Assembly (NCBI GenBank): GCA_964016885.1
Contig: OZ024742.1
Span: forward strand, 128,588,001-128,652,000
Reading direction: 5' to 3'
Length of the DNA stretch: 64,000 nucleotides
Source of the DNA: Eledone cirrhosa
Lineage: Eukaryota
In this document: one piece after another, positions 13,277-25,494 of the stretch
How positions within the stretch are numbered: position 1 is the first letter of the stretch
Layout: the number at the start of each line of letters is the position of its first letter
Notes under the pieces: generated by a model
Seen by the model: the letters and a program-made list of their open reading frames with translations, nothing else
Databases searched by the model: none
What the model was told of the DNA's origin: nothing
Made by a program: the position numbers and the translations under genes

Positions 13277-13454
13277 GGATTGGCAGTATCGGTAGAGGGT
13301 CGGACGCCATGCTTTCCAGCATAGTTACGTCCCTTTACGATCTGAGTTCAAATCCCGCCGAGGTTGACTTTGCCTTTCATCCTTACGGAGTCGATAAAAT
13401 AAAGTACCAGTAATGCACTGGATAATTGCTGGCCTTGTGCCTAAAGTAGAAACA
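13277..13454 (+). mobile_element. tRNA-derived SINE with 16-bp TSD
   Basis: A and B boxes; TSD attatttattataatt at 13261-13276 and 13455-13470. Confidence 0.88.
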
Positions 13455-14824
13455 ATTATTTATTATAATTTTGTTTGAAGTGTAAGAGTTGTCTCCCTTA
13501 GAAACGATTAAGGGTGAAAGCAGCGATTCTTTGCTTAAACTTTAATCTGTTATTTTAATATATATATATAAAGGATAACAAAATATCATTATAGGTAATC
13601 CAATTAGAGGTTGTGAATACTTCTTATCATGGATAGTTTTAGCGTACGGCGTTGCTTGACTCAACAAGAGGTTTACGTAGATGACGAGTTTATGATTTCA
13701 CTTGTATTCTTATCTAAGTTTATCTTGGAGTAATAAAATTGAAAATGTGGTCAACAGTACAAAAAAAGGGGATTTATTTGCAGTCTAACAATTGTTTCAC
13801 TGATAGAGTTGTCTAAAAATTGCTGAACACTAAAAGCAGTGCCACTCAATTTTAAATACGATGTTAACTCTATTAGATCTTCGGAAACTGTTAAAAAAAT
13901 ATATATGTAACCGGCAAATTTACAAATTCAAATTACATCATCAATAATAATACTAATAATAAAGATATAGAGAGATACAGTAAAGAAAGAAAGGAAAGGA
14001 AGGAGAAAGAAGAAGAAGAAAAAAGAAAAAGAAAAAGAGAAAGAAGAAGAAAAGGAGAAATTATTATAGATAGAAATATAAAGAAGAAGATATATAGAAG
14101 ATGATGGTAGATAGAGGAGAGACAAACATAAGTAGAAATAACGTAGGATAGAAAGAAGAATAGAGGGACAAATAAATGAATAAACGTTAATACATGAATA
14201 AATGTAAAAACAAATAAAAGTAGATATATAAAAAATATATGAAAAAATATATTTAAAAAATATAAAAATTGATAAATAAATAAATAAATAAATAAATAGG
14301 TTATATCTAATGTGATATAAAATGGTATAAAATGTGAAAAATGAAGAATAAAAATAAATACGTAAAAGGAGTAAAAAGAGTAAAAATGTGCGAAGAATAT
14401 TTAAACATTAAAATTATTGAGAATGGTTTTTGAGAATTGTTGAAATATATGGAGAGATAATAAGGTGAAAATATGATAATGTTAAATATATTTATGTGTG
14501 TATTGGTTATTTTAATAAATAAATTAATTAATAAAACTAATATATCATTATAATTATATCACATAATATAAGTTATATTATATGATAAAATAAAATGACA
14601 GAGATGAAATAAATTTAGGGAGAGAAATATAAAGATAAAGAGTGAAAAATAGAGATATATAAAATAAAAATGTAAATATAAGAGGTTTTGATGTTGTTCT
14701 TTGATAGATGATGACAATTATAATTATAATTATAATGATGATAATGTTGATAATGTGATATCATAATAGATCCAAGTGGTACAATCTGGGTTATGGAATA
14801 GATAAGATGGAATTAAGCTGGTCT

Positions 14825-15220
14825 AAAGTTTAGTCGCCGATTTATGTCGACAAAAAATAGTTTTTCCAATTTTACTGTTAAGAAGAATTTTGTTGTAATT
14901 TAAAATTTGGAAAAGTTCCATATTACAGAGACCACAGTGGGACATACCAATTTGATAGCTTTGTCCAGCTGATTTTATATTCCATGTTTGCATCTTTGAG
15001 TAGCCAGATTTTATTGGCGAGAGTCGTTGTCTTTAAGAGATTCCTGTTAGTCATAGAGTGTCTATGTACGTACCATCTTTTCTTAAACTCCCCAGCTGTG
15101 GAACCAATGTAAAGCCATGCTAAGCTACCTGAATTTATAGTACATAGGTATACAATATTTGTCTCTAGGCATCTATTTTGTAAAGGGCATTTGTCAGGTA
15201 GATGGCAGTGGAATCTGCTA
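14825..15220 (-). mobile_element. PLE GIY-YIG endonuclease remnant
   Basis: CHLPDKCPLQNRCLETNIVY...YIGSTAGEFKKRWYVH...TTLANKIW; homologous to 20870-21309; frameshift near 14950. Confidence 0.8.
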
Positions 15221-15332
15221 TTCAACGGTCGCAAGGCCAAGGTATTCCGTACTGCTCTGTTCTGTTTCAGAAAGAAGGGATAAACATGCCAATCTATGTT
15301 TAGAATCCCGAAACACCGGGATATTCTGCTAG

Positions 15333-15594
15333 TATATAATAAATAATTGTTTCTACTTTTGGCACAAGGCCAGCAATTATCTCACTGTATTACTGGTACT
15401 TTATTTTATCGACCCCGTAAGGATGAAAGGCAAAGTTAACCTCGGTGGGATTTGAACTTTATGTTCAGAATTCAAATCCCGCCGAGGTTAACTTTGCCTT
15501 TCATCCTTACGGGGTAGATAAAATAAAGTACCAGTAATACACTGGGATAATTGCTAGCTTTGTGCCAAAAGTAGAAACAATTATTTATTATATA
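15333..15594. repeat. Palindrome of two head-to-head SINE 3' halves
   Basis: ~125-bp arms (15333-15457 and 15470-15594), both cut at the B box. Confidence 0.85.
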
Positions 15595-15639
15595 TAAACA
15601 ATTGTATTTATTATCTATTATTTACAATTTGCATGTAGG

Positions 15640-15729
15640 CAAGTCTCTCTGGAAATAAGGTTGAGGAGCGCTGAGGGTATTATGTGGCCGTGAGAGGGGG
15701 GAGGGGGCAAAAAGTTTGAGAACCTCTGG
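15640..15729 (-). mobile_element. hAT-like non-autonomous element end (second copy ~34915-35005, +)
   Basis: CAGAGGTTCTCAAACT terminus resembles Charlie/MER5-type TIRs; the two copies share subterminal sequence. Confidence 0.45.
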
Positions 15730-17519
15730 TCTATAGAGAATCAAGACAAAGTTAATGGATTATCGAACTCGGCACTAAAAAACAGAAATTGTTTCTAAGG
15801 GAGACAACTCTTACACTTCAAACATAATTATGTCCCTTTTTTGTGAGCTGCTGTATCAAGATTAACCTAAGGCTTATACAACAATATAGAAGATGGCGAA
15901 TCGGCAAATTGTTAGAACGTCGGATGGGTTGCTTTGCGGTAGTCGTTTCCGCTTTCTACTCTCTAAATTCAAATCCTGTCGAGGTCAACTTTGCCTTTCA
16001 TCCAGTCGAGGTCGATAAAAAAAAAGTACCAGTCTTGTTTATTTACCAATCTATAATTATTTCACACTTCTATTCTCTCAATCACTATCCTTCACTAGAA
16101 AAAAAGTCTACTGTCTTCAAACCTAGAAAGATGGACTAAGACAGGTTTTAAAATGCCCTAAGAAACGCCGTATATCAATACGGCGCCCCTAGAGGCTCCC
16201 TCGGGAGTTGCAGTACCATGCATGCATGTATACAACATAGCAATATCATGTTTCTCCTTTTCTTTTCCTATCTCTAACACTTTAATTTTCTTTTAAATCA
16301 CATCTCTTCAGTTGTCATGAAATCTTCAATTATTCATGAAATTTCCTCAGATGTGTTTATTGCATGTTATTTCTTAATTTTTAATGAAACAGGCCTGTCA
16401 AACCCATGCTACATGGAAAAACAAACATAAAATGGTGATGGTGACAATATATTTATTATCATCCATAGCCGAATTCTGTTTAAGTGTACAAACAGCCTTC
16501 CAGCTCTTTACTTTCTGAGTTCAAATCCCATCAAGGTCAACTTTACTTTTAATTCCTTCAGAGATTAATATTTAGTGAATTGGCCATAGGGTTATTCACT
16601 CCAGTAAATACCACTACATGCCAACCACTAATTTAATTTGTTTAGAAGATGTAAAAGAAATGATGATGTAGTAATTGAAACATGAATGAATACTTCGGAA
16701 AAGTGTGTCAGTAACGATTTGCATTTATTGAAGTAGCTTGTTACAATTTTGGTAGTGAAACGTACCTCGTGCCATGATGTGGTGTAATCCTGAGGGATAG
16801 GATAGGATTAGAAAAAGTTTAGCATCTGTGCTTGGTGTGGTCAATTCTAGAGCCGTTGGTGAAAGAGAGTATACCTTTTGGCGTAACCATGCCTGGCGTT
16901 AAGGCCAGGCGGCCAAGAGGTGAAAAAGAGGTAGATTGTCCTTTGCTCCTTCTTTTATAATCTCTGAAACGGAAGTTCAAGGAGTATTCTAGAAATTCTA
17001 CGGAAAGTAACTTTGGCTACTTCCCTTTGTCTAGAGAGCGCTACAAGACTCCCCTCTCAGACGAGAAGTCGAATAACCAACCGTAGGTCATTGTAGCGTG
17101 AACCCATAAGAAATGAGGAGCAAAGCAAAGATACAAGAAGGTGCATGAATAAAACATTAGTTCGCAACTGAAGCAAATAGCAAAAGAAAAAGCACAAAAC
17201 AAGTAAATGCATTTGACAAAGAAAAAATGTAAATGTAACAAAACTGATAATTCAAAGTTAACAAAGGAGCAGAGAAAAAATTAATGCTCAATGGTAAGTT
17301 CAAAGTTTCTTAAAATAAAATAGTTCATACATCACTAGTGTGAAAACGCTGAAAAAGAGCACATCAATAAAAAAATGAAAATGAATGAATGAATGAATGA
17401 ATGAATGAATGAATGAATGAATGAATGAATGCAAGAAGAAAATTATGAATGAGGCGCTAAGGGGCCAGTGTTATGTATGCCGCTGTGTCAAATGACTGGC
17501 TGTTTGCTATTTATAACAT

Positions 17520-18464
17520 GACCACCCAGGGTCTAATAGAAAACAAAGAAAGTCTGACATGGGCGAAAATGTGCAAAATGTTTTCAAAGTTGCTGTTCTT
17601 GCATTAATTGTTATAAAAGTTATTGGCGGTGACGGTAAAAGTATGAAACTACCACTTCTATTATGTTGCTGTGAAATCGCCGTTGGTGTTGTGGCTGTAG
17701 TTGTTGTGGTAAATGTTTTACCAGTAGCTGATGTTGATGATGCTGTTCATGTCCAACAATTCCAAGGTAAGTTGGTCAGTTGCAATGGCAACTAAATCGA
17801 TATGTGCAGGAGACGCAAGAGAACACACAGAAAGTCGAGATAGTGCGTCCGCAGGTATGTTGGAAGTTCCAGCTATGTGACGGATGTCACTGGTATACTG
17901 TGAGATGAGATCCAGATGCCTATACGCTCTCAGAGAGTACTTGTCGGACTTGGATTGTAAAGCGAACGTTAACGGTTTGTGGTCTGTGAATATCGTGAAC
18001 TCCCGCCCCTCCAAAAGGTGGTGGAAGTGCTTTACGGCAAGATAAATCGCCAAAAGTTCTCTGTCAAAGGTGTTGTATCTCTGTTCTGCTGGTTTTAATT
18101 GGCGAGAGAAAAATGCCAATGGTTGAACTTGGTGATCGATTACATGATGCAAAACTGCGCCAAGAGCACGATCAGATGCATCAACAGATAAGGAAAGTCT
18201 CGCATTTGCAACAGGATGGGCAAGGAAGGAAACTTTAGCTAGCTCAGACTTGACGGATTTAAAAGACTGCAATGCATCGGCAGAAAGTGAAATTTTTTCA
18301 TCTTTCTTTTTTGCAGCCCTTAAAAACTGTGTCAAGGGGAATAACTTGTCCGCACAGTTAGGAATAAAGCGACGATAAAAGTTAATTAATCCTAAAAAAT
18401 GGCGTAATTGTTTCAAGGATGTTGGTGGTGCTAATTGCTGAATCGCCTCTACTTTAGATGGCAA
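17520..18464 (-). mobile_element. Ty3/Gypsy pol remnant (RT connection plus RNase H, integrase deleted)
   Basis: ORF 17718-18464: FLGLINFYRRFIP, VDASDRALGAVL, PLAFFSRQL, DRELLAIY, FTDHKPL, HIAGTSNIPADALSR. Confidence 0.92.
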
Positions 18465-19289
18465 TCTGGAACAAGTGGTCTGGGTGAGCCAGTAGAAATA
18501 TCACAGAGAATTTTTCCTTCAGAAGATGGAAGAGGTAAATATTCCAATTTGCAGCAGGAGAACTAGTCAGAGGAAATGTCGAGATAAGTTTCTTTTAAGT
18601 AGCTGACCGCAGAACGAACGTGCATAAAAATGCCCATCAAGTGACGTCAATTTACGACGCAAGGTGTCGCAATTTTTTTACTGGCATTAATAAAGTAGCT
18701 CGTGACCGAACTATTCTTTGAGATGAATAGCAATGAGTGTGTTGGCAAAATCCACCGCGCGGGAAAATGACGAAACGAAGAAGACGAGATGGCCGATAAT
18801 GAAAGCAAATAGAGCAAAAAACGCCATTTTGATTTTTTTGGTGAATGATCAAAAAGGCTTGGTGGAAAGAGTAAGCAATAGTTAAAATTCATCAAAAATA
18901 AATATTCATATTGAAATGTGTAAAAAAAAAAGTCCATTTTTTTTTTTTAATGTTCGTTGTAAGAAGAAACGAAAAACATATATATACATCCAGTGAAATG
19001 CGACACATAGTTGATGTACTACACTTGCTGAGAAAGCTTAGGTAGTTAGCGAGAAGGTTAAGGTTTAAATAAGATCCCCGTATTTTGGGCATAATTTAAC
19101 AAGCATAAAACAATAATACAAGATTTGTTTTGAAAAATACGCTAGAATTATCGAATAGAAAAGCAAGATTGGATTCGGGGAGAAATGATACAGATTGATG
19201 AATGGACTAGGGAAATAAAATGATGAGAAGAGTGAAGAAATATTTGTACGTTACATTACACCGTGATATATATATATGTATATATATAT

Positions 19290-21845
19290 AAAGAGAAATA
19301 GGACGAAGGTAAACAGTTACAAAAGGATTTAATCCACGTATTAACAATTGTTTCATCAGAATTTCATTAATACCTACCACGTCCTTATACGGAAGGAATT
19401 ACATAAAAAATATAAGAAAACCAATAACCAAGCACTACTTAACATCAACAAACAAGCACACCATATCGTCAAAAGTCTAGAACTTGAAGATAGAACTGAG
19501 CCCATGACAACTTGCACCCCCACCTTTAATCTTAAGGACCACAAATTAGATTTCCTAGATAAACCCACAATTAGATTAATATGCCCTTCTAAGTCAGACA
19601 TAGGTAAAATTAGCAAGCATATTTTAGATAGAATAATAATACAATTAAAGAACAAACTAGTTATTAAACTTTGGGACAATACTAGCGACACAATTAAATG
19701 GTTTAATAGTATAGATAACAAAAATACCTCTAGCTTTATACAATTCGACATTAATGACTATTACTCCTCCATATCACCCGATACTCTAAACAAAGCACTA
19801 GCATTTGCGAAAGCCAACTCTGACTTAACCGAAGACGAAATAAACATTATTCTAGCAGCTAGAAAGACGATAATTAAATTTGAAAATAACTTTTGGGTAC
19901 GTAAGGATAGAATAGATAACTTTGACATAACTATGGGTGCTAATGACTCAGCACAAGTTACGGATATTGTTGGTATATACATAGCCCACACCTTACATAA
20001 TAAATTTAGTTACCTTCAAGGCGGAATATATAGAGATGACACTCTCCTATTAGTTAAAAACATGAATAAACAAAACATAGAGCGAACCCGTAAGAGCATT
20101 AGAAGAACCCAAGATAGCCTTGGCCTTAAAATCACCTACGAATATAGTACCAAAGTAGTTAACTTCCTAGATGCCACCTTCAACCTCAACACCCAAATTA
20201 TCACACCCTTTCACAAAAACAATGAGAACCTCACCTACATCCACACTAGCTCTAACCACCCACTATCTATTATAAGGTCCGTGCCACATAGTATATCACT
20301 TAGAATATCCCGCCTCTCATCTAACCAACAAATATTTGATCAACACGCTGAATATTACAACACTGCATTAGAACGGGCTAGCCACACCGACAAACTAGAA
20401 TACATAGACCGACACAACCATAAAATACATAACCATTGACACGCCAAACGCCCCACAAACTCCCGCACACACGCACCTAGACCCCCTAATACTAACCACA
20501 CCACAAATACAACAGCAACACCAAAGCAAAACAGAACACGGAGTAGATCTTACATTTGGTATAATCCTATTTTTAACTCTTCTATTAGCTCTAACTTACC
20601 TTCCACATTCTACAAAATTATAAAAAAACACTTTCCAAATTCACATAAATATAGTAGTATACTTAATACCAAAACAATTAGACTATCTTATTCCACTGCA
20701 CCAAACCTAGACGCACACATTAAGATGCTCAACGCCAAAAAACTCCGCAACAACAACACTCCAATCACTCAACACAATAATACACAACCACCCACTAACA
20801 AACAGTATGCACAAAACACACTCACACACACATCCCAGCCTACCTATAACTCCACCACTGTCCATAACAGAAATTGTAATTGCCACCTTCCAGAGACTTG
20901 TCCATTGAATAACGAATGTTTGCATTCAAACCTAGTGTACAGGTGCTCGGTTGAGTCGGACAACCAAACCTGGCACTACATAGGCAGCACTGCAAACACC
21001 TTCAAAACTCGTTGATACACGCATCGTTACGCAATAAAGCACCCCCAACACCGTTACGTAACGACCCTCGCCGACAAAATTTGGCACTTAAAAGGGAGTA
21101 ACCGACAATACACCCTTAAATGGACCAAACTCTCACATGCTCCTCCATACCGGAGTGGGATGAAAACGTGCCCGTTGTGTAATAATGAGCTCTTCCATAT
21201 CCTAAGCTCAGGCCACCAACTACTCAACAACAAAATTGAAAGGTCAATCTTTTGCCAGTATAAACTAAAAGCGAAGCTCTCACACTTCAAACCTTCAACT
21301 AAATCTTAACACTACCTCTCTTCCTTTTCTACTCTAAATAACAATTCTACACTCCTAAAAATAGACTATATATGAAATTTAATACTTTCTTCCTTCATCT
21401 ATTCTCTGGTAAAACTTTCGCCTGTCCACTATCAACTGCCACTTAAAATTCTATCTTCCTTCTCTCTCCCTCTACTCATCACAACTTTTAGCACACAACC
21501 CTCCTCCCCCTCCCTTCTTGTAACTTAACTATATTCTATACAAATCCTCTCACACCACCCTATCTCTTTCTCTTTCTCTCCCTACCTCCGTCCCTTCTCT
21601 CTCTCTCTCTCCCTCTCTTTTTCCCCTCTCTCTCTCTGTTCCTCTATCTTACACTACTACCCCTTATTTCATTTCCTAAGGTCATTTCAACTTTGTATTT
21701 TGAAAATTCGGATGTCACAGTATCTTTCTTGGTTGCCTATTATTACATAGTGTAGCAATAATGGACTGAAATTCTGATGAAACAATTGTTAATACGTGGA
21801 TTAAATCCTTTTGTAACTGTTTACCTTCGTCCTATTTCTCTTTTT
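19290..21845 (+). mobile_element. 5'-truncated Penelope-like element: RT plus C-terminal GIY-YIG, with ~77-bp inverted terminal copy
   Basis: One frame from ~19370 to 21309 with two TGA stops (20437, 21013): LKDHK, DINDYYSSI, GIYRDD, VNFLD, IWYNP, CNC..CPL..CL..NLVY..YIGST..FKTR, CPLC. 19291-19366 is the reverse complement of 21768-21843. Confidence 0.9.
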
Positions 21846-21963
21846 TGATTACACTCCTCGTTTGTTCGTGTTTCCACCACAGAATCCCTACCAACCTTAA
21901 CGTATGTTGATAACTTTCCTCACAACTTGTTCTACCAAGCTTTGGAATATTCCTAATTACTGA

Positions 21964-22012
<49 letters not shown>

Positions 22013-22047
22013 AATGTTAAACAGGAATAACAATATAATCGGTACAG

Positions 22048-22084
<37 letters not shown>

Positions 22085-22165
22085 GCTCGTGTGTGTGTGC
22101 ACATATGTATGTATGCATGCATGAATGAATAATACAGTAAGCTATAAATTTAGTATTATTAATTT

Positions 22166-22665
22166 CCGAGGTTAACTTTGCCTTTCATCCTTACGGGGTC
22201 GATAAAATAAAGTACCAGTAATACACTGGGTTATTGCTGGCCTTGTGTCAAAAGTAGAACTATTATTAATTTCCTAGGGAATTATTAGACTAAATGCTTA
22301 GCTTAATTGTTTTATTTGTTTATATAAAATGTTTATTCTTTCCCTAAGACTTCAGCTATTTTTTGAAAGCAAAGTATTGGTCCTGAAATACTACAGTGGA
22401 GCCCTGAAATACAACAGTGAGCTACTGAAATACGACTGTATCAAGATTATAGAGCTACTAGATGGTGGTGGGTTGGCAGAATTGCTAGAGCATTGCATAA
22501 AAAAATGCCATTGTGGTATTTGTTCTGGCTCTTTACACTTTCAGTTCTAATTTTGCCTTTCATCCTTATGGACTCGATAAAATAAAGTACTACTCATGTA
22601 CTGGGGTTAATTTAATCAAATTTTCCCATTTCCTAAAGTGGGCTGACCTTGTGCCAATATTATAA
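22166..22665 (+). mobile_element. SINE fragments (22166-22268 and 22462-22665)
   Basis: Central domain and tail of the same SINE family; the second copy is diverged but has a head. Confidence 0.65.
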
Positions 22666-22913
22666 CGTTATTTAGCTTTGATAGTGCTGTTGACTCCCTA
22701 CCTCTCTCTCTCAGTTTATATATATATATAACGAAGGAGGTGTGGTAAGGAACCAGATGGACCATAACGCACCAGAGTACTCAATACTTAGGGTAGTAGA
22801 GTGGGTAATAGGAATATCTTTTACCCTGACGGCAGAGCTCAAGCTGTTTCAACGGCCAGAAATAGCCGTCAAAATGGCTTGAGCGCTGCCGTCGGGGTCA
22901 AACATTTTCCTAT

Positions 22914-22945
<32 letters not shown>

Positions 22946-23111
22946 ATATATTTAGAAACACACAGATACATGCGGACACACACATATACATGAATGCATC
23001 CACACCCAACCGTGAGTTAAGGGTGCCAACCTCACCGATGTTGCTCAATGAATGACTGGGACAGACCAATCCGGTTGAACCAGACTGAACCAGTATCAGA
23101 GTTAAAAATAC

Positions 23112-24114
23112 ATTATGAAGAGAGAAGAAACATTTAGATATAATTAGTAATAAAATGTATCATACCTAAACTGCTCCTAGATTCCTCGACTACGTAGTTT
23201 CGTGGCATAAACAAAAACAATACATCATACAGATATAGAGTCCCTGCGAGGTCTGCCGACTTATCAAGAGGATACCTCATTTTACTAGCCTCAAGAACGC
23301 GTCTACACGACGTGAGAAAGAATCCCAAAAGGCGGAGGGGGAGATAGTCACGCGATATAACGGTCGAGAAACAGAGCTAAGCCTCCTATAACCCCGAAAA
23401 AAATACCACGGAGGCGGAGGGGGTATTCATATCGAAGCCGTAGAAGAGGTGAAGGAGGCGAGAAGTATGAGTAATGGCAGCTTTCCAGCAGTCACCACAC
23501 TTCAAAGATTACTCAACCAAAGGGAGTTATTAACAATATATTTAGAAACACACAGATACATGCGGACACACACATATACATGAATGCATCCACATCCAAC
23601 CGTGAGTGTTGGCACCCTTAACTCACGGTTGGGTGTGGATGCATTCATGTATATGTGTGTGTCTGCATGTATCTGTGTGTTTCTAAATATATTGTTAATA
23701 ACTCCCTTTGGTTGAGTAATCTTTGAAGTGTGGTGACTGCTGGAAAGCTGCCATTACTCATACTTCTCGCCTCCTTCACCACCTCTTCTACAGCTTCGAT
23801 ATGAATACCCCCTCCGCCTCCGTGGTATTTTTTTCGGGGTTATAGGAGGCTTAGCTCTGTTTCTCGACCGTTATATCGCGTGACTATCTCCCCCTCCGCC
23901 TTTTGGGATTCTTTCTCACGTCGTGTAGACGCGTTCTTGAGGCTAGTAAAATGAGGTATCCTCTTGATAAGTCGGCAGACCTCGCAGGGACTCTATATCT
24001 GTATGATGTATTGTTTTTGTTTATGCCACGAAACTACGTAGTCGAGGAATCTAGGAGCAGTTTAGGTATGATACATTTTATTACTAATTAAATCTAAATG
24101 TTTCTTCTCTCTTC

Positions 24115-24119
<5 letters not shown>
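23112..24119. repeat. ~495-bp-arm inverted repeat of an unclassified element
   Basis: ORFs 23134-23328(-) and 23903-24091(+) are mirror images; 15-nt centre at ~23607-23621; 22945-23015 is a direct copy of 23534-23606. Confidence 0.9.
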
Positions 24120-24161
<42 letters not shown>

Positions 24162-24284
24162 AAATTAGAATTGGTGCTCCCCTGTTTGCTGAAAATTAAA
24201 GTAAGTGAGACTATCACTACTCTAAAACAATAGCGTAAGGTCTTCGAAATGCTTTTAATTAAGCATACAGTGTATTGCAAAATA

Positions 24285-24339
<55 letters not shown>

Positions 24340-24344
<5 letters not shown>

Positions 24345-24730
24345 AGATTTGAATGGATACAGTTTAGTTGAAAGGAATTTATTGACACGTGTTTCTATAA
24401 CAGTTACATAACTTAAAACAGCTATCTACAAACTTTTAGTTATGCAGACATTCAATATTTCAATGTTATTATTTACTGTCATTTCATCAGAATAATATTA
24501 CTGAGGACCTATTTAGTTTTTATAGAGAATATTAGGAGGGAGGGGTGAAGTTGTTAGAAGAATAGTTGAAGGAGTGGTTTTTCGATAGCAGTGAGAATTC
24601 TTGGTGGCAGTGAGTAATTAGATTCCCATCTGTTGTTTTGACATTTTTTATAGAATATATTATTGGTTATTTTTCTAAATCTATAGAAGGATTAGAGATA
24701 GTAAAGATATGCGTGGTTGGTTTTGTGTTT
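24340..24730 (-). repeat. Dispersed repeat, probable PLE pseudo-LTR (second copy 35786-36177) with HHR-like motif
   Basis: Both copies abut (TA)n; minus strand CTGATGA-aatg...catt-GAAA-tatt, but stem I is weak. Confidence 0.55.
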
Positions 24731-25248
24731 GCACTTAATTAACATTCAGACTTAAATTTTTCTTTCAAGTGTACGTACCCTTTCACCCACGCATTCACAC
24801 ACAAATATATTTGCACACCTCTACAAAATACATATACTCACAATTCACATATTCATACTTACGTATATATACACATGCATACACATATGTATACACACAT
24901 GTATTCATGTACATACATACGCGCTCATGTGTATACATTTTCATACTCAACTTATCTTTATATACACACGTATAGACACACACATATATACATACATACT
25001 CTAGTCCTTGTGTACACACATACACATACTTACACATCCATATACACATATATACATACATATATATATATATATACATATACACATACATATACATATA
25101 TATATATATACATATATATATATACATATATACATATATATACATATACACATATATACATATATATATATATATAACCACTTTAATACATGAATACACT
25201 TACATCTAACTATACACATATATGTGTGTGTGTGTGTATTTATATATG

Positions 25249-25279
<31 letters not shown>

Positions 25280-25290
25280 ATTTATATATG

Positions 25291-25392
<102 letters not shown>

Positions 25393-25403
25393 CATATATA
25401 AAT

Positions 25404-25434
<31 letters not shown>

Positions 25435-25445
25435 CATATATAAAT

Positions 25446-25494
<49 letters not shown>

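Noticed and set aside
16648-18590. Possible host exon pieces on either side of the Gypsy remnant
   Set aside because: Stops in frame, no recognisable domain and no canonical donor site.
20437-21015. Two in-frame TGA codons in the PLE ORF as possible selenocysteine recoding, as reported for Naiad PLEs
   Set aside because: TGA 21013 aligns with Trp (FKKRWY) in the 15-kb homologue, TGA 20437 is in a low-complexity linker, the endonuclease is C-terminal, and no SECIS was recognised; ordinary nonsense mutations are simpler.
21700-21795. HHR in the 3' end of the 19-21.8 kb PLE (GAAA-caattg-TT-aat)
   Set aside because: The upstream core would be CGGATGT with a long uncertain stem II; not supportable by eye.
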